64,000 nucleotides of DNA from Octopus sinensis (Eukaryota), in the NCBI RefSeq assembly GCF_006345805.1, contig NC_043001.1, forward strand, positions 119,412,001-119,476,000, read 5' to 3'. The notes under the pieces were generated by a model. It had not been told where the DNA came from. It searched no databases and worked only from the letters and a program-made list of their open reading frames with translations. Position 1 is the first letter of the stretch. Every line of letters begins with the position of its first letter. A program made the translations under genes and the position numbers. Below, one piece after another: positions 52,647 through 64,000 of this stretch.

Positions 52647-53241
52647 ACGTGATGGCGGTCGATATAGAGTGAGTAGAGTGGTGATCATAGTTAAACATTT
52701 TGTTTAGCCCTTGGTCATTTGATTGATAATAGATCTTCTAACCTTGATTCCATTCTCTCAATTCATTTATTCATCCATTCATTTATTTTACAGTGTATCA
52801 CGCATTTCATCATATGTGATTTCGCTCAATTTTAAAATGCCAGGTTGTGATTTGAGAGGAACTTAGCCTCTATTTCTAGCAGATTGAGCGACCACATACA
52901 AGCTCCATCGTGTTTGAATGATGAGGGCTTTTATCCTAGCGGTAATAGTTGCGAAGGTGATGGCTGTGGTGGTTATTACGTTTGCAGTTGAATGTGTTGG
53001 AAGGGATGAAGTTGGAGGGAAGAGGATGGACAGTGGTGGCGTTTCTGGAGTTGGTTAATTATCTCGGCCACTATAGTGATGACTGCAGTATACGATAGCG
53101 ATAACGATGATGATGATGGTAGTAATAATGGTGACCTCATCATTATAATTGTCTTCATGGTTCAAAACAGAGATGGAGGGGGTGTTGACAAGTGATGTAC
53201 TTAAGCGATATTGAAGGTGATGAATGCGATTGACGGCAAAA

Positions 53242-53411
53242 GATGATGATGACGACGACGACGACGACGATGATGATGATGGTGATGAAGATGATGATGA
53301 TGATGATGAAGATGATGATGATGATGATGAAGATGATGATGATGATGATGATGACGACGACGGCGGCGATGACGGCGGCAAGGACGACGACGACGATGAT
53401 GATAGTGGTGG

Positions 53412-53464
<53 letters not shown>

Positions 53465-53551
53465 TTCATGATGATGATGATGATGATGATGTTGATGATG
53501 ATGATGATGTTGATGATGATGATGATGTTGATGATGAAGAGGAGGAGGAGG

Positions 53552-53584
<33 letters not shown>

Positions 53585-53674
53585 TTGATGATGATGATGA
53601 TGATGATGATGATGTTGATGATGATGATGATGATGATGATGATGTTGATGATGATGATGATGAAGAGGAGGAGG

Positions 53675-53710
<36 letters not shown>

Positions 53711-53802
53711 TTGATGATGATGATGATGATGATGATGTTGATGATGATGATGATGATAATGATGGTGATGATGATGATGATGATGATGAAGAAGATGATG
53801 AT
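53242..53802. repeat. Complex (GAT)n array
   Basis: About 560 bp of GAT with GTT/GAA/GAG/GAC interruptions and a duplicated gaagaggaggaggaggat block. Confidence 0.95.
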
Positions 53803-54841
53803 CCTGCAGTTTGAAAGGTGGTGATTAGCTTATGCCATCGATTTCAGTACTTCGCTGGTACATAATCTTATCGATATCGGAGATCTGAGAAGTAAAATTG
53901 ACTTCGGTCGCATTTGAACTCGGAACGCTGAGAATATCGGCCGTGCGGTGTATGAAACATATTCAACGCCAATAAAATCACACTGATGGGGCATGAAGGA
54001 AGTCCAGCTGTTTGGATGTAAGACAGTACTTAACAGAGATAAAGACAGTTTCATGACAGAGCGATAGCGATACGCCCTCTCTCCCCCCAATGAAACAAGT
54101 GGGACATAGGAAACGTCAGCCAACGGGTAAACCAGCAATGTCGAACAAGTTCATGTGAAAGAACAGTCAGTATATTACAAGAGGCCAAATCAGAGGAAAA
54201 AGCTGCATTTTACCCAGGCCGTCCAAACAACTCTGAAGCCGGATTTCATCTTGGAGTTTGAGAATGTAACGAAGATAATCTTCAATGAGTTGACAGTCCC
54301 AAGGGAAGATGGGTGCGATCAGGCCTTTGACTGAAAGAGTGCCGAGAAATAATAGACTTTAAATAATTGCAAGGAAAAGAGATGACAAGTATGGCTATTT
54401 TGAGATGTGGCGGACTGCAGAAAATAACATTGGAGTTATGAAAGGTAGCAGTATAACACACACACACACACAAACAAACAAACACACACACACACACACC
54501 ACACACACACACACACACACACCACACACACACACAAACAAACAAACACATAGATTATTCATCTATTTTATACGTATATATATATACTATCTATATATAT
54601 TTATGAAATATGTAGATTATACGTGATAAATATAATTTATATGTGTGTGTGTATGCATATAATTTATAAACATATTATTTATAAAATATGCATCTATTTA
54701 TCAAATATTATATTGTATATCATACATGCATCATATATGCATTATATATATACACGTAGTTTGCTTTTGAATTGTACACATTGTATACCTTATATGCAAT
54801 TATATTATATACATACATTTACACATAAATTTATAAATAAG

Positions 54842-55160
54842 GATAATATCGATATTTAAATATCGATATTATCAAGTGGCCAGCATAGGAAAAATACCAT
54901 ACAAAGGTAATAATTTTTTTACAACTAAAAATAAGGGTGTCTGAGAGACGCCACCATACCGAAATAGCAGTCAAAACCCTGACTCTAAGAACCACGTTAA
55001 ATGTTCATATCGCACCATGAGATAAGATAGAGGGACAAAATAGAGTAGCAAAAAATATTACTGAATAATTCAAGATCCTGGATTTCTAGCTTTGCTTTAA
55101 ATAAGCTTTGCCTCATCAGTTGAATAAATCAGATAGGCACAGAAATACAAATAAAAATAT
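54842..55160 (-). mobile_element. HHR-bearing PLE-type terminal element (family C)
   Basis: HHR at 55068-55125(-), the shared downstream motif at 54934-54975(-) and a terminal 32-bp palindrome at 54842-54873. Confidence 0.7.
55068..55125 (-). ncRNA. Type-I hammerhead ribozyme
   Basis: ATTCAA-CTGATGA-GGC aaa GCTT attta AAGC aaa GCT-A-GAA-ATCC a GGAT-C-TTGAAT: 6-bp stem I and an AUC cleavage triplet. Confidence 0.8.
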
Positions 55161-55804
55161 GCAGAACAAACGTTATACTTACTTATACGAACGTCCATGC
55201 AAACATATATATGCACAACACACATACATACATGTTTATGTTTATGTTTTCCAGTTTCAGCTCTTGAGCTGTGGCCATGCTGGGGCACCGCCATATATAT
55301 ATTTATATATTTATTTATTTATATACATATATATATATATATGTTCATACATGTATTTATATATGTACATAAATATATATTTACCTACATATTTGTGCAT
55401 ACATGTGTGTGTGTGTGTGTGTGTGTCTACACAAAATATATGTGCGTTTGTGTACATGTTAATTTCTACAAACTATAGCTCTTCGTGCCCGTACGCTTAT
55501 TCGGTTCGGAAATTAATTTCTTGATTCGTCAATTTTTTGTTTATTTTATGAGTACATAGGTATACTGTGCACAACAACAAAGACAATAACAAAATTACCA
55601 ATTGCAATCAATATTTTGCTTCACCACATGTCTCACAGCTCTTAAATACCTCTTTATTTCTAAAATGGAAGAATAATGATCGATTGAGAAAAGAAATCAA
55701 TCGATTAATGGTATTTGTTGTTATACCTATCCATAACAAGCCCAGAAATTGATAGAGAGAAGTCGAAGCCTGAAGGATTAGCACTCAAGAATCGTGAAGT
55801 GTCG

Positions 55805-55884
<80 letters not shown>

Positions 55885-55887
<3 letters not shown>

Positions 55888-56072
55888 AGAATTTACGAAA
55901 AGAACAAAAGACGAAAACAGGTGGTGTAGAAAACAAACAGATGTATTAGTATCACGCTCGGGAATTGAAAAAGTCTTTTACGTTTCGAGCCTACGCTCTT
56001 CCACAGAAGGGAACACAGAAAGAAACAAGGAGAGAAAAAAGTGTGTGTAGTGGCTACCGATCTATCATGGTG
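55885..56072 (-). mobile_element. Short PLE-type element in (TA)n with a variant hammerhead (55975-56010)
   Basis: CTGTGGA-A-GAGC gtag GCTC-GAA-ACGT-A-AAAG; the A6 position reads T. Confidence 0.65.
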
Positions 56073-56116
56073 ATATATATATTATATATATATATGTATA
56101 TATATATTATATATAT

Positions 56117-56177
<61 letters not shown>

Positions 56178-56839
56178 GTATATATGTATGTATACATGTT
56201 TATATATATATGTATGTATGTATATATGTATATGTATATATATGTCACATCCAAGAGTTAAAGAAGAAATCAGGAACGGTAACTGTTAAAATGAACAGGG
56301 CAAATAACATTTAATGTTTGTGTTTACAAGGTTTCGTTTGATAGTTTTATGCTTGTTATAGCTCTTTACTATGACACACTACACCTAGTAACTCGGAATT
56401 CTATCACACTATAGTGAACGGAAGAGGGGGCGTGTTCAGATGTAGCATCACAAACAGCCTCATTGTGATTTCCGCTAGAAATGTTCTGCCAATTTTAGGT
56501 ATGAATGAATGCATGTACACGTGTGTAAGTACTTATATAGATGACTTTCTTTCTCTCGCTTTCTCTCTCTTTCACTCTCTCTCGCTCTCGCGCTCTCTCT
56601 CTCTCTCTCTCTCTTTCTCTCCACACACGCACACAGACATAAATACTGTATGCGTGCAGGTATGCTTGGCTGCAGCTAAATAAAATAGATACATTCCAAA
56701 ATACAATTCCTCAACTCATATGTGTATATATATATGTGTATATGTATATGTGTGTATGTTTATGCGTGTATGTATACACCCACCCATTCATACATACATA
56801 CATACATACATACATACATACATACATACATACATACTT

Positions 56840-57790
56840 GAGCAACATTCTTTGTCTAATAACCTAGAATACATGCCTAAAGAAGTCGCATGACTACCGC
56901 AAGGTATCATCAAATGAAAGGACGAACCTATATGAGCAGAAGAAAATGCATGGATATGTTATTAGAAAGCTCCGTGATGATAGTAACATCGATTATCAAA
57001 GCAGTTTCTCATGAACCAATAGCCAGATTACTACCTCCCACTTTGAAGGGTATGCGTTTGCAATCCAGGAACAGGAAATATCAACCAAGTCCCTGATGCA
57101 CAAAAGGGACAGAGATGCAGGAAAAGTAGTGAAATGTGACGACCGATGCAGACTTTGTGGATTTCACGCTGAAGATATCACTCACATCAGAAGCAGTTGT
57201 CTGAAAATGTCATCACGGTATTATCTACCGATGAGACATGACGTTGTAGCTAGGACACCCTATAATGAAATCCGTCGGAAAGATAACCCCGAGGACAAAG
57301 AAATAAGAACCCACAGTATGTTAGAAGCCATAGCCACTCATAATAAAAAGGGGTCCTGGTGGAATGTCCAAGTGAAGACTTCAATAAAATGTCGGCACAA
57401 CAGACCTGATATAATGATTTGGGATGGAGAAGAGAAACTGTGCACAGTTGTGGAAATTAGCTGCCCAGAGGATGTTAACATAAAGCTGAAGATCAGTGAA
57501 AAAGAGAACATCTACGCTGGGCTATTGAGAAATGTACAGTTACTCTATCCAGATAACAAGTTCTGGTTTATACCTGTAATTATTGGGCCCTGGTATATGT
57601 AACACATTGCCTAAACACCAATCTTGAGAAATTAGGTTTCTCAAAACCAGAACGGAGAAAGCTAAGACTACAGATCAAATCCATCACTGGAACTAAATAT
57701 CTGTAAAACTTACCAGAAGATAATCATTTAAATATATATGAACAGCTCTAGATATGCAACTTCATATATGAGAATATATACATAAAGCAA
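56840..57790 (+). mobile_element. R4/Dong-like RLE element, 3' fragment
   Basis: FEGYAFAIQEQEI, a CRLCGFHAEDITHIRSSC zinc knuckle, RHD, and an RPDIMIWD...VVEISCP PD-(D/E)xK endonuclease motif; (TACA)n on both sides. Confidence 0.9.
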
Positions 57791-59379
57791 AACATACATA
57801 CATACATACATACATACATACATACATACATACATACATACATACATACATACATACATACATACATACATACATACATACATACATACATACATACGAA
57901 TGTCGAATCACATGCATAATCGTACATGAGTTCTTGAAACTAAGGCCATAGAAGCAATAAAATCACATGTTAGCATAAAACGACAAATTTGTAATATCAC
58001 TCATCGAAAATTATGTTTTGCAACTCCAATCGAATTCTTACTTTGGAAATGCCAGAAAGCATCTGCTAACAAGAAATATAGGCTACACTAATTCCAAATC
58101 TAAAGAAATTAGATACACCATCGTCATCTGTAAATGAATGTTCTTTAAACACCTACTTCCTATAAGATCTGAAGTGGCAACCAGAGCAATTGGAAATACA
58201 TTAAGAATATAAAAAACTAAGAATCGAAATGGGCTAACGTCTAGATACCAGTGATACCAGTGAATCAAAGGAATAACAAACTTTAGCACAAACAATCTTT
58301 TATGGTTGTTAGAACCACAATATAAGAACATATTCTGTGTTGAAAATCAGTTGCCAATTTGAAGGCAGCATAAATACAAGAGAAATAGGACCTCTTTGAA
58401 TGAATTATTAAGAGTTTGAAAATTCAGCTTCTTACCCTTTAATATTGGATCGACAGAATATGTACCAACCCATTGGGGACTAGGATCCTCGGAGAAAGAA
58501 AGAGCTTAGCGTCATAATTCGCTCTGAGCGATGATGATGATGATGAGAGTCAAAAGAAGAACATCTGGAAAAGCTTCTTAAACTTTAAAAGGTGACTGGT
58601 TCTACAAATGAAGATGAAGAGAAGAAAAGCTGAATCAGCCTTTGGCATCTTTTCTTTACAACCTTCCCGCCGACCACGTGCCTGATCAAAATATATCTTT
58701 CTCACTGAGTTTGAAACTCCACTCAGTAAAAACATACATATATACAGACATACCTGCGCACATTTTACATGTGCATGTACTTATGCAAGCATGCATGTAT
58801 GTATGCACACATGTTTGTATATACATGTAATATATAAGTATACGTATATCTATGTATGTGTGTGCTCACATACATGTATATCTATATATATAAATACACA
58901 CACATATATATAAATATATATATAAATATATATATATATGTGTGTTTATGAATGTGTTTATGTATGGTCTTACGTATGTACATATGTACATGCACACATG
59001 CAGACATATATACAGAAACATAAGTAAGTAGAAGATAAGCAATTTGTCCTAAGATCCTCTCCATTCAAACAGTAATTAACTACAAGATATGCAATACAAA
59101 ATACGAGTACCTTTTCATATTTAAACTAAGCTGCAGTCAACATGCAACGCAATGGCAACACAAACAAAGATATGTAAATGCACGAATACAATGTATGCTA
59201 ATATGCATTTGTATCTCTGTGTTTATACACATTTATATGCATACACACATACCTATATAAATGAGTATAAAAGTATATATACCTATATGTATATATATGT
59301 ATACTTTCATTTATATATGTATACATATGCATAAATGAATATAGGGGTATATATGTATTTGTATATATGTAATACTTAC

Positions 59380-59437
<58 letters not shown>

Positions 59438-59549
59438 AGACGAGATTTGTTTCTAAAATTTTAGACCACCACAATAATAAGAAAAGAAAGCGTTTATTTT
59501 ATATATATTGTATTTGCTTTTTATGATTAGATATACATACATACATACT

Positions 59550-59605
<56 letters not shown>

Positions 59606-60824
59606 GTATGTATTTATGTATGTATGTATGTATGTATGTATGTATGTATATGAAATATACCTATGTTCAGACACAGTCATACATAACATATAAATACAAA
59701 TATATATATATATATAAATATATATATACATATATATACAGGCGTACAGCCCCTTACATATCTGATCATATACTCATAAATTAATTGGTAGATTCTTATA
59801 TAGTTCGCTTGGAGACAGCACATGTACGGATGTGCAGAATGCTCTTAATTCACGACAAAATATCCAGATTCACATTTGAATCCACAGACTTAAGTATGTG
59901 TGCGCACACACAAACACATATACAATCACGTATTCACACTCGTAGACATGTTGAAATAAGTATATGCATGTGACTGCATATTTAGTGATGTGTGTGTGTA
60001 GGGGGGAGAGAGAGATAAATACATATACATTATGTATATACATATATATAAACGCATATACACACATATGTACATATATATGTTTGCATGTATGTATACA
60101 AGCATATATACTCCTACATATATATATATATTTGAGTCTGTATGTATATTACGCACACATTCATTCCCAACTATTGCACACCCACATACTCTGTGTGTGT
60201 GTGTCACTCTCTCTCTCCCTCGCACACACACTTACACACACACACACACACACGCACGCACACACACACACACACATATGCATTAGTCCATTATCCCAGA
60301 AATGGTGCTGTTGAGACGGAGCAAGATCTCGATGCGCATCGATGTGCTTAAGAGAAATAAAAGGATGCTTAGATAGGCAAAGGTTATAACCAACTCGTCA
60401 CACAACCACCTTCATCCCTTTTCTCTCTCTACTTTCGTTTTACTTATTTTTTTGTCTCTAATTTTTCCTTCCTTTTTCTGTACGTATAGCATGAATTAGA
60501 GTTATAGACCTATCTTGTTATCCCTTCATCTGCTATCATTCAGTCAATACATAGGAACTCGCATGTGCGTGAATGCGTACTTGTATGAGTGTGCTTATGA
60601 AGGTATTGTGCATGCGTGTATACCATATACCATGTGTGTGTGTGTAGTTATTTATGCTTATATATGTGCGTATGTATGTATAAATGAATATGCGTTTGCA
60701 TGTTAGTAATAATCGTATTTTCTAAACATCTCCATCAATCTTGCACTTGAAAAACATATACACGGTTGAGTACAATTACCCTTATGATTCCTACAGACCT
60801 ATGCTCACTTGCACATCCGCCGTC

Positions 60825-60856
<32 letters not shown>

Positions 60857-61051
60857 CCTCTCTCTCTCTCAATGTATACATATATACATACATACATATA
60901 TACATACATATATATATATATATATATATGTGTGGTGTGTGTGTGTGTATATATATATAGATATATACACATATATATACATATATATATATATATATAG
61001 ATATATATATATATAATATATATATATATATATAATATATATATATATAAT

Positions 61052-61133
<82 letters not shown>

Positions 61134-61327
61134 AGTCTCTCAGCAAAATGTCTTTCTGCAGTGAATTTTTTACATCCAAAACATCGTTGAAAACATGTGT
61201 AGAAGAGTCAACATATGTATTGAAAATGAAGGATTATCCTTTTGTAGTCTTATGCCATCTTATAAAATAAGTATTTTGCAATGAAATACTTACTGCGGAG
61301 AGACTTTTTGAACAGCCTGTATATGTT

Positions 61328-61366
<39 letters not shown>

Positions 61367-61417
61367 ACATACATACATACATACATACATACATACATAC
61401 ATACATACATACATACA

Positions 61418-61453
<36 letters not shown>

Positions 61454-63659
61454 TGTATGCAAGTACATAAATACAGGCGCAGGCGCAAGAGAGAAACAGG
61501 CTGACTAAAAACTATCGTGTGCTCTACCAATCACCATTATCTGTTTCTATTTTTATGAATATAGATATTGCAGATCGTTGAAAAAGAAAGTATAGAACAG
61601 GACAGTGTCCTCATGTTTGTGTGTGTGTATGTATATATATTTTTATATATACATATACATACATGCATATATGTATATTTATATATGTGTGTGTATATGT
61701 ATATATATATACACACACATACATGTATACACATATATATATATCTGTGTGTGCCTCCATAACTGTATGCGTTACTGTATTTATAAATGTTTGCGACTGT
61801 TGGTATGATACATTAGCGTATTTATATACGTTTATTTGCAATCAATAAAGAAAAATGGAAGAAGGAAAGGAGCCATTTTATAGTTTGGTTGCTAAGAATA
61901 CGCCTTGATCGAAATGTCGAGTCATTTGTATTCGCTAAGTCAATGCCACTTCAGATAGAGTCCTCCTCTTCGATGGTCTTTTTCAGTGCATGTATGATAT
62001 GTAATGTTCCCTGCAAGGATTATTAAGCACACGTAGCACAAGTAGGATTTGCGGGAAACAGATGTTGAGAATCAGTTCACCAGGTGAGGTTTGGGAGACC
62101 CAGTAGCAGCTAGTATGAACAAAACTTGTAAACTTGCAGCTGTTGATCTGTATTCTTTGCTTTTGCTATCAGAACTGGAACATTGTCCCGTCCGCTGATG
62201 TAGCTGGATATCATCATCAGAAAAACAAAATTTGTTTAAGAGCTCAGATCAAAAGTATGCATATTCTGTATGTTGTACGGAGAAGCGAAGATTTGCTTCT
62301 AGCAGTTAAGCATGTATTTCCCATAGAGTGGTACTGTGACCAAATCGAAGAAAGAAGAATTATATGAAAGTTGAAATCTATTCTGTCTTCTCTTTAATAC
62401 ACCAGAGAAGGAGACAGAAAAATGATTGCTAATACTTGTGCCAGGTGAAATCTGGTATTTGTCAGTTTCATAACCTTTTCTTTAAGCCCTACCTGAGTAC
62501 CAACCTGAAAAAACTCACGTCAGTGCTTCCTTGTTAGAAAGTAGTCAGTCATATCTGCACTGTCGTATATTATGAGATGCACGTGAACTGAGCTGCCAAG
62601 CATTGAATATCTTAGATACTGTTCAGTGCTAGTCACAGACACGAACGATTGACACATCTTCTCCTAGCAAGACTCTATAAATCTGACTGGTTTTGCATGT
62701 GTGTGTGTACATGAAGCCTGGGTAATCGGCTGAGATTTGGTTTTTGTAATCAGACAATTATAAAAAACAGCAGACTGGCCGTCAAAACTCTCAGCGTAAA
62801 AGAAGTGATCCATTTTCTCAAGTGACATTAGTTGTTCGGTGTTCTTGCATAAAAAGGTTAGAAATATGTTTTATACTTGTTCTTATAAAGTATGAGCTAA
62901 AGTAAACAGATATAGATATTTATGTATTCTTCACAGACGAAGATAGACGTACAGTTTTGTGTTCGTGGGTGAGTATACACAGTGATGCAAATACACTCAT
63001 AAACATATGCATCACATGTGTATGTATATAATATACATGTATGTAAACATATATGTATATGTGTGTATGTGTATGAGCGCAGGCGCGCGTGCGTGTGTAT
63101 GTGTGTTTGTGTATATGTATAAGCATAGGTATATATATATTTATTTATATTTATTTATATTATGTAAGTATGTATATATATATATAGCCATATAAATATT
63201 CACACGCAAACTATATATGTATGTATGTGTGTACATATATATATATATATATATACATATACATACATACACATATACACATACACACACATTTATGTAT
63301 ACATATATACATACATACATACATACATACATACATACATACATACATACACATACATACATACATACGTCTATTGTCTGAGTGTGTGTGTGAGTAAGAA
63401 GGAAAATACAAAGAAATAAAAGATTCTCTAAAATCTACGTTCTCGCCAAGAAGGAATGATGTTTTTCATATCCTATCTTTTATTTTTGCGTTACAAGTTT
63501 TGTATATGAAGATACGAAGTGTGTCCGAAATGATGAGCTTTCATGCAACCAGACAAATCCTCATTGCTTGGATGCACTTGATCACGACAAGGTGTTGAAC
63601 TTTAGTTACCTAATCGATCAGGAGTGGCTGTATGTGACCGCCGGACCAGTTACAAATTA

Positions 63660-63830
63660 CAGGCTTGCCCACGCAGTTAAGAAGTTTGTTTTGTACTATG
63701 TGCTCTTGAGTTCGACATCACTGCGCGGCACCTTGCACAAGTGTCTTACTACTATAGTTTCGTGTGGACCACTATAGCTTGTGAGAGGAATTTGAGAGAT
63801 GGAACTGTGTGGAAGTCGGTCTCACTCACA
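63660..63830 (+). mobile_element. SINE S2 5' part, degenerate
   Basis: gagttcgacatcactgcgcggcaccttgcacaagtgtcttactactatag...ggaactgtgtggaag. Confidence 0.7.
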
Positions 63831-64000
63831 TGCACACATGCACGGGTGTGTGTGTGTGCGTATATAATGTGTGTCCCTATATGTGTTATATGTATATGTA
63901 TATTTTGCAGGACAAGAACATAAATATCGATGGGAAAACCAATAAACTGGTACTTTTGAATAAAAATATCCATTAAAATTTGTTCCTCTTACGGCACTCT

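Noticed and set aside
53224-53824. Poly-Asp / poly-Met ORFs resembling an acidic biomineralisation protein
   Set aside because: A (GAT)n array that is open in two frames by construction, with no signal peptide, unique domain or splice context.
54934-54980. Plus-strand hammerhead (ctgagaga...cgaaa...gtc)
   Set aside because: Core spacing is wrong and stems II and III do not form; it is the reverse complement of the shared downstream motif.
61850-62900. Host gene exons in unique-looking sequence
   Set aside because: There is no sustained ORF. Faint minus-strand RT-like traces suggest a very old LINE, but they are too weak to annotate.

Overview
AT-rich, microsatellite-saturated animal DNA, not prokaryotic. 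The SINE families and the (TA)n/(TACA)n/(CA)n/(TATC)n load point to an octopus (coleoid cephalopod) intergenic or intronic region; this assignment is inference. I cannot support any host protein-coding gene, and most ORFs in the supplied track are simple-repeat artefacts. Recognisable content: a near-full-length but dead RTE-clade LINE (8.9-12.2 kb) plus a second copy of its 3' end; three decayed R4/Dong-like RLE retrotransposons; a Gypsy integrase fragment; Penelope-like (PLE) RT and GIY-YIG remnants; the 5' end of another LINE with a symmetric NRF1/ETS module; and many tRNA-derived SINEs. The most interesting layer is non-coding. At least seven type-I hammerhead ribozyme (HHR) motifs sit in small elements, mostly inserted in (TA)n. 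Two of these are retrozyme-like partial tandem arrays (units of 557 nt and about 355 nt). Three different HHR-bearing families share a second, unexplained motif, TTTRRCTSYTATTTC...TGGC...RCCCT, about 90-120 nt downstream of the ribozyme. The first half of that motif also lies near the 3' end of an abundant old dispersed repeat (about 14 copies). All alignments and folds were done by eye, so boundaries are approximate.
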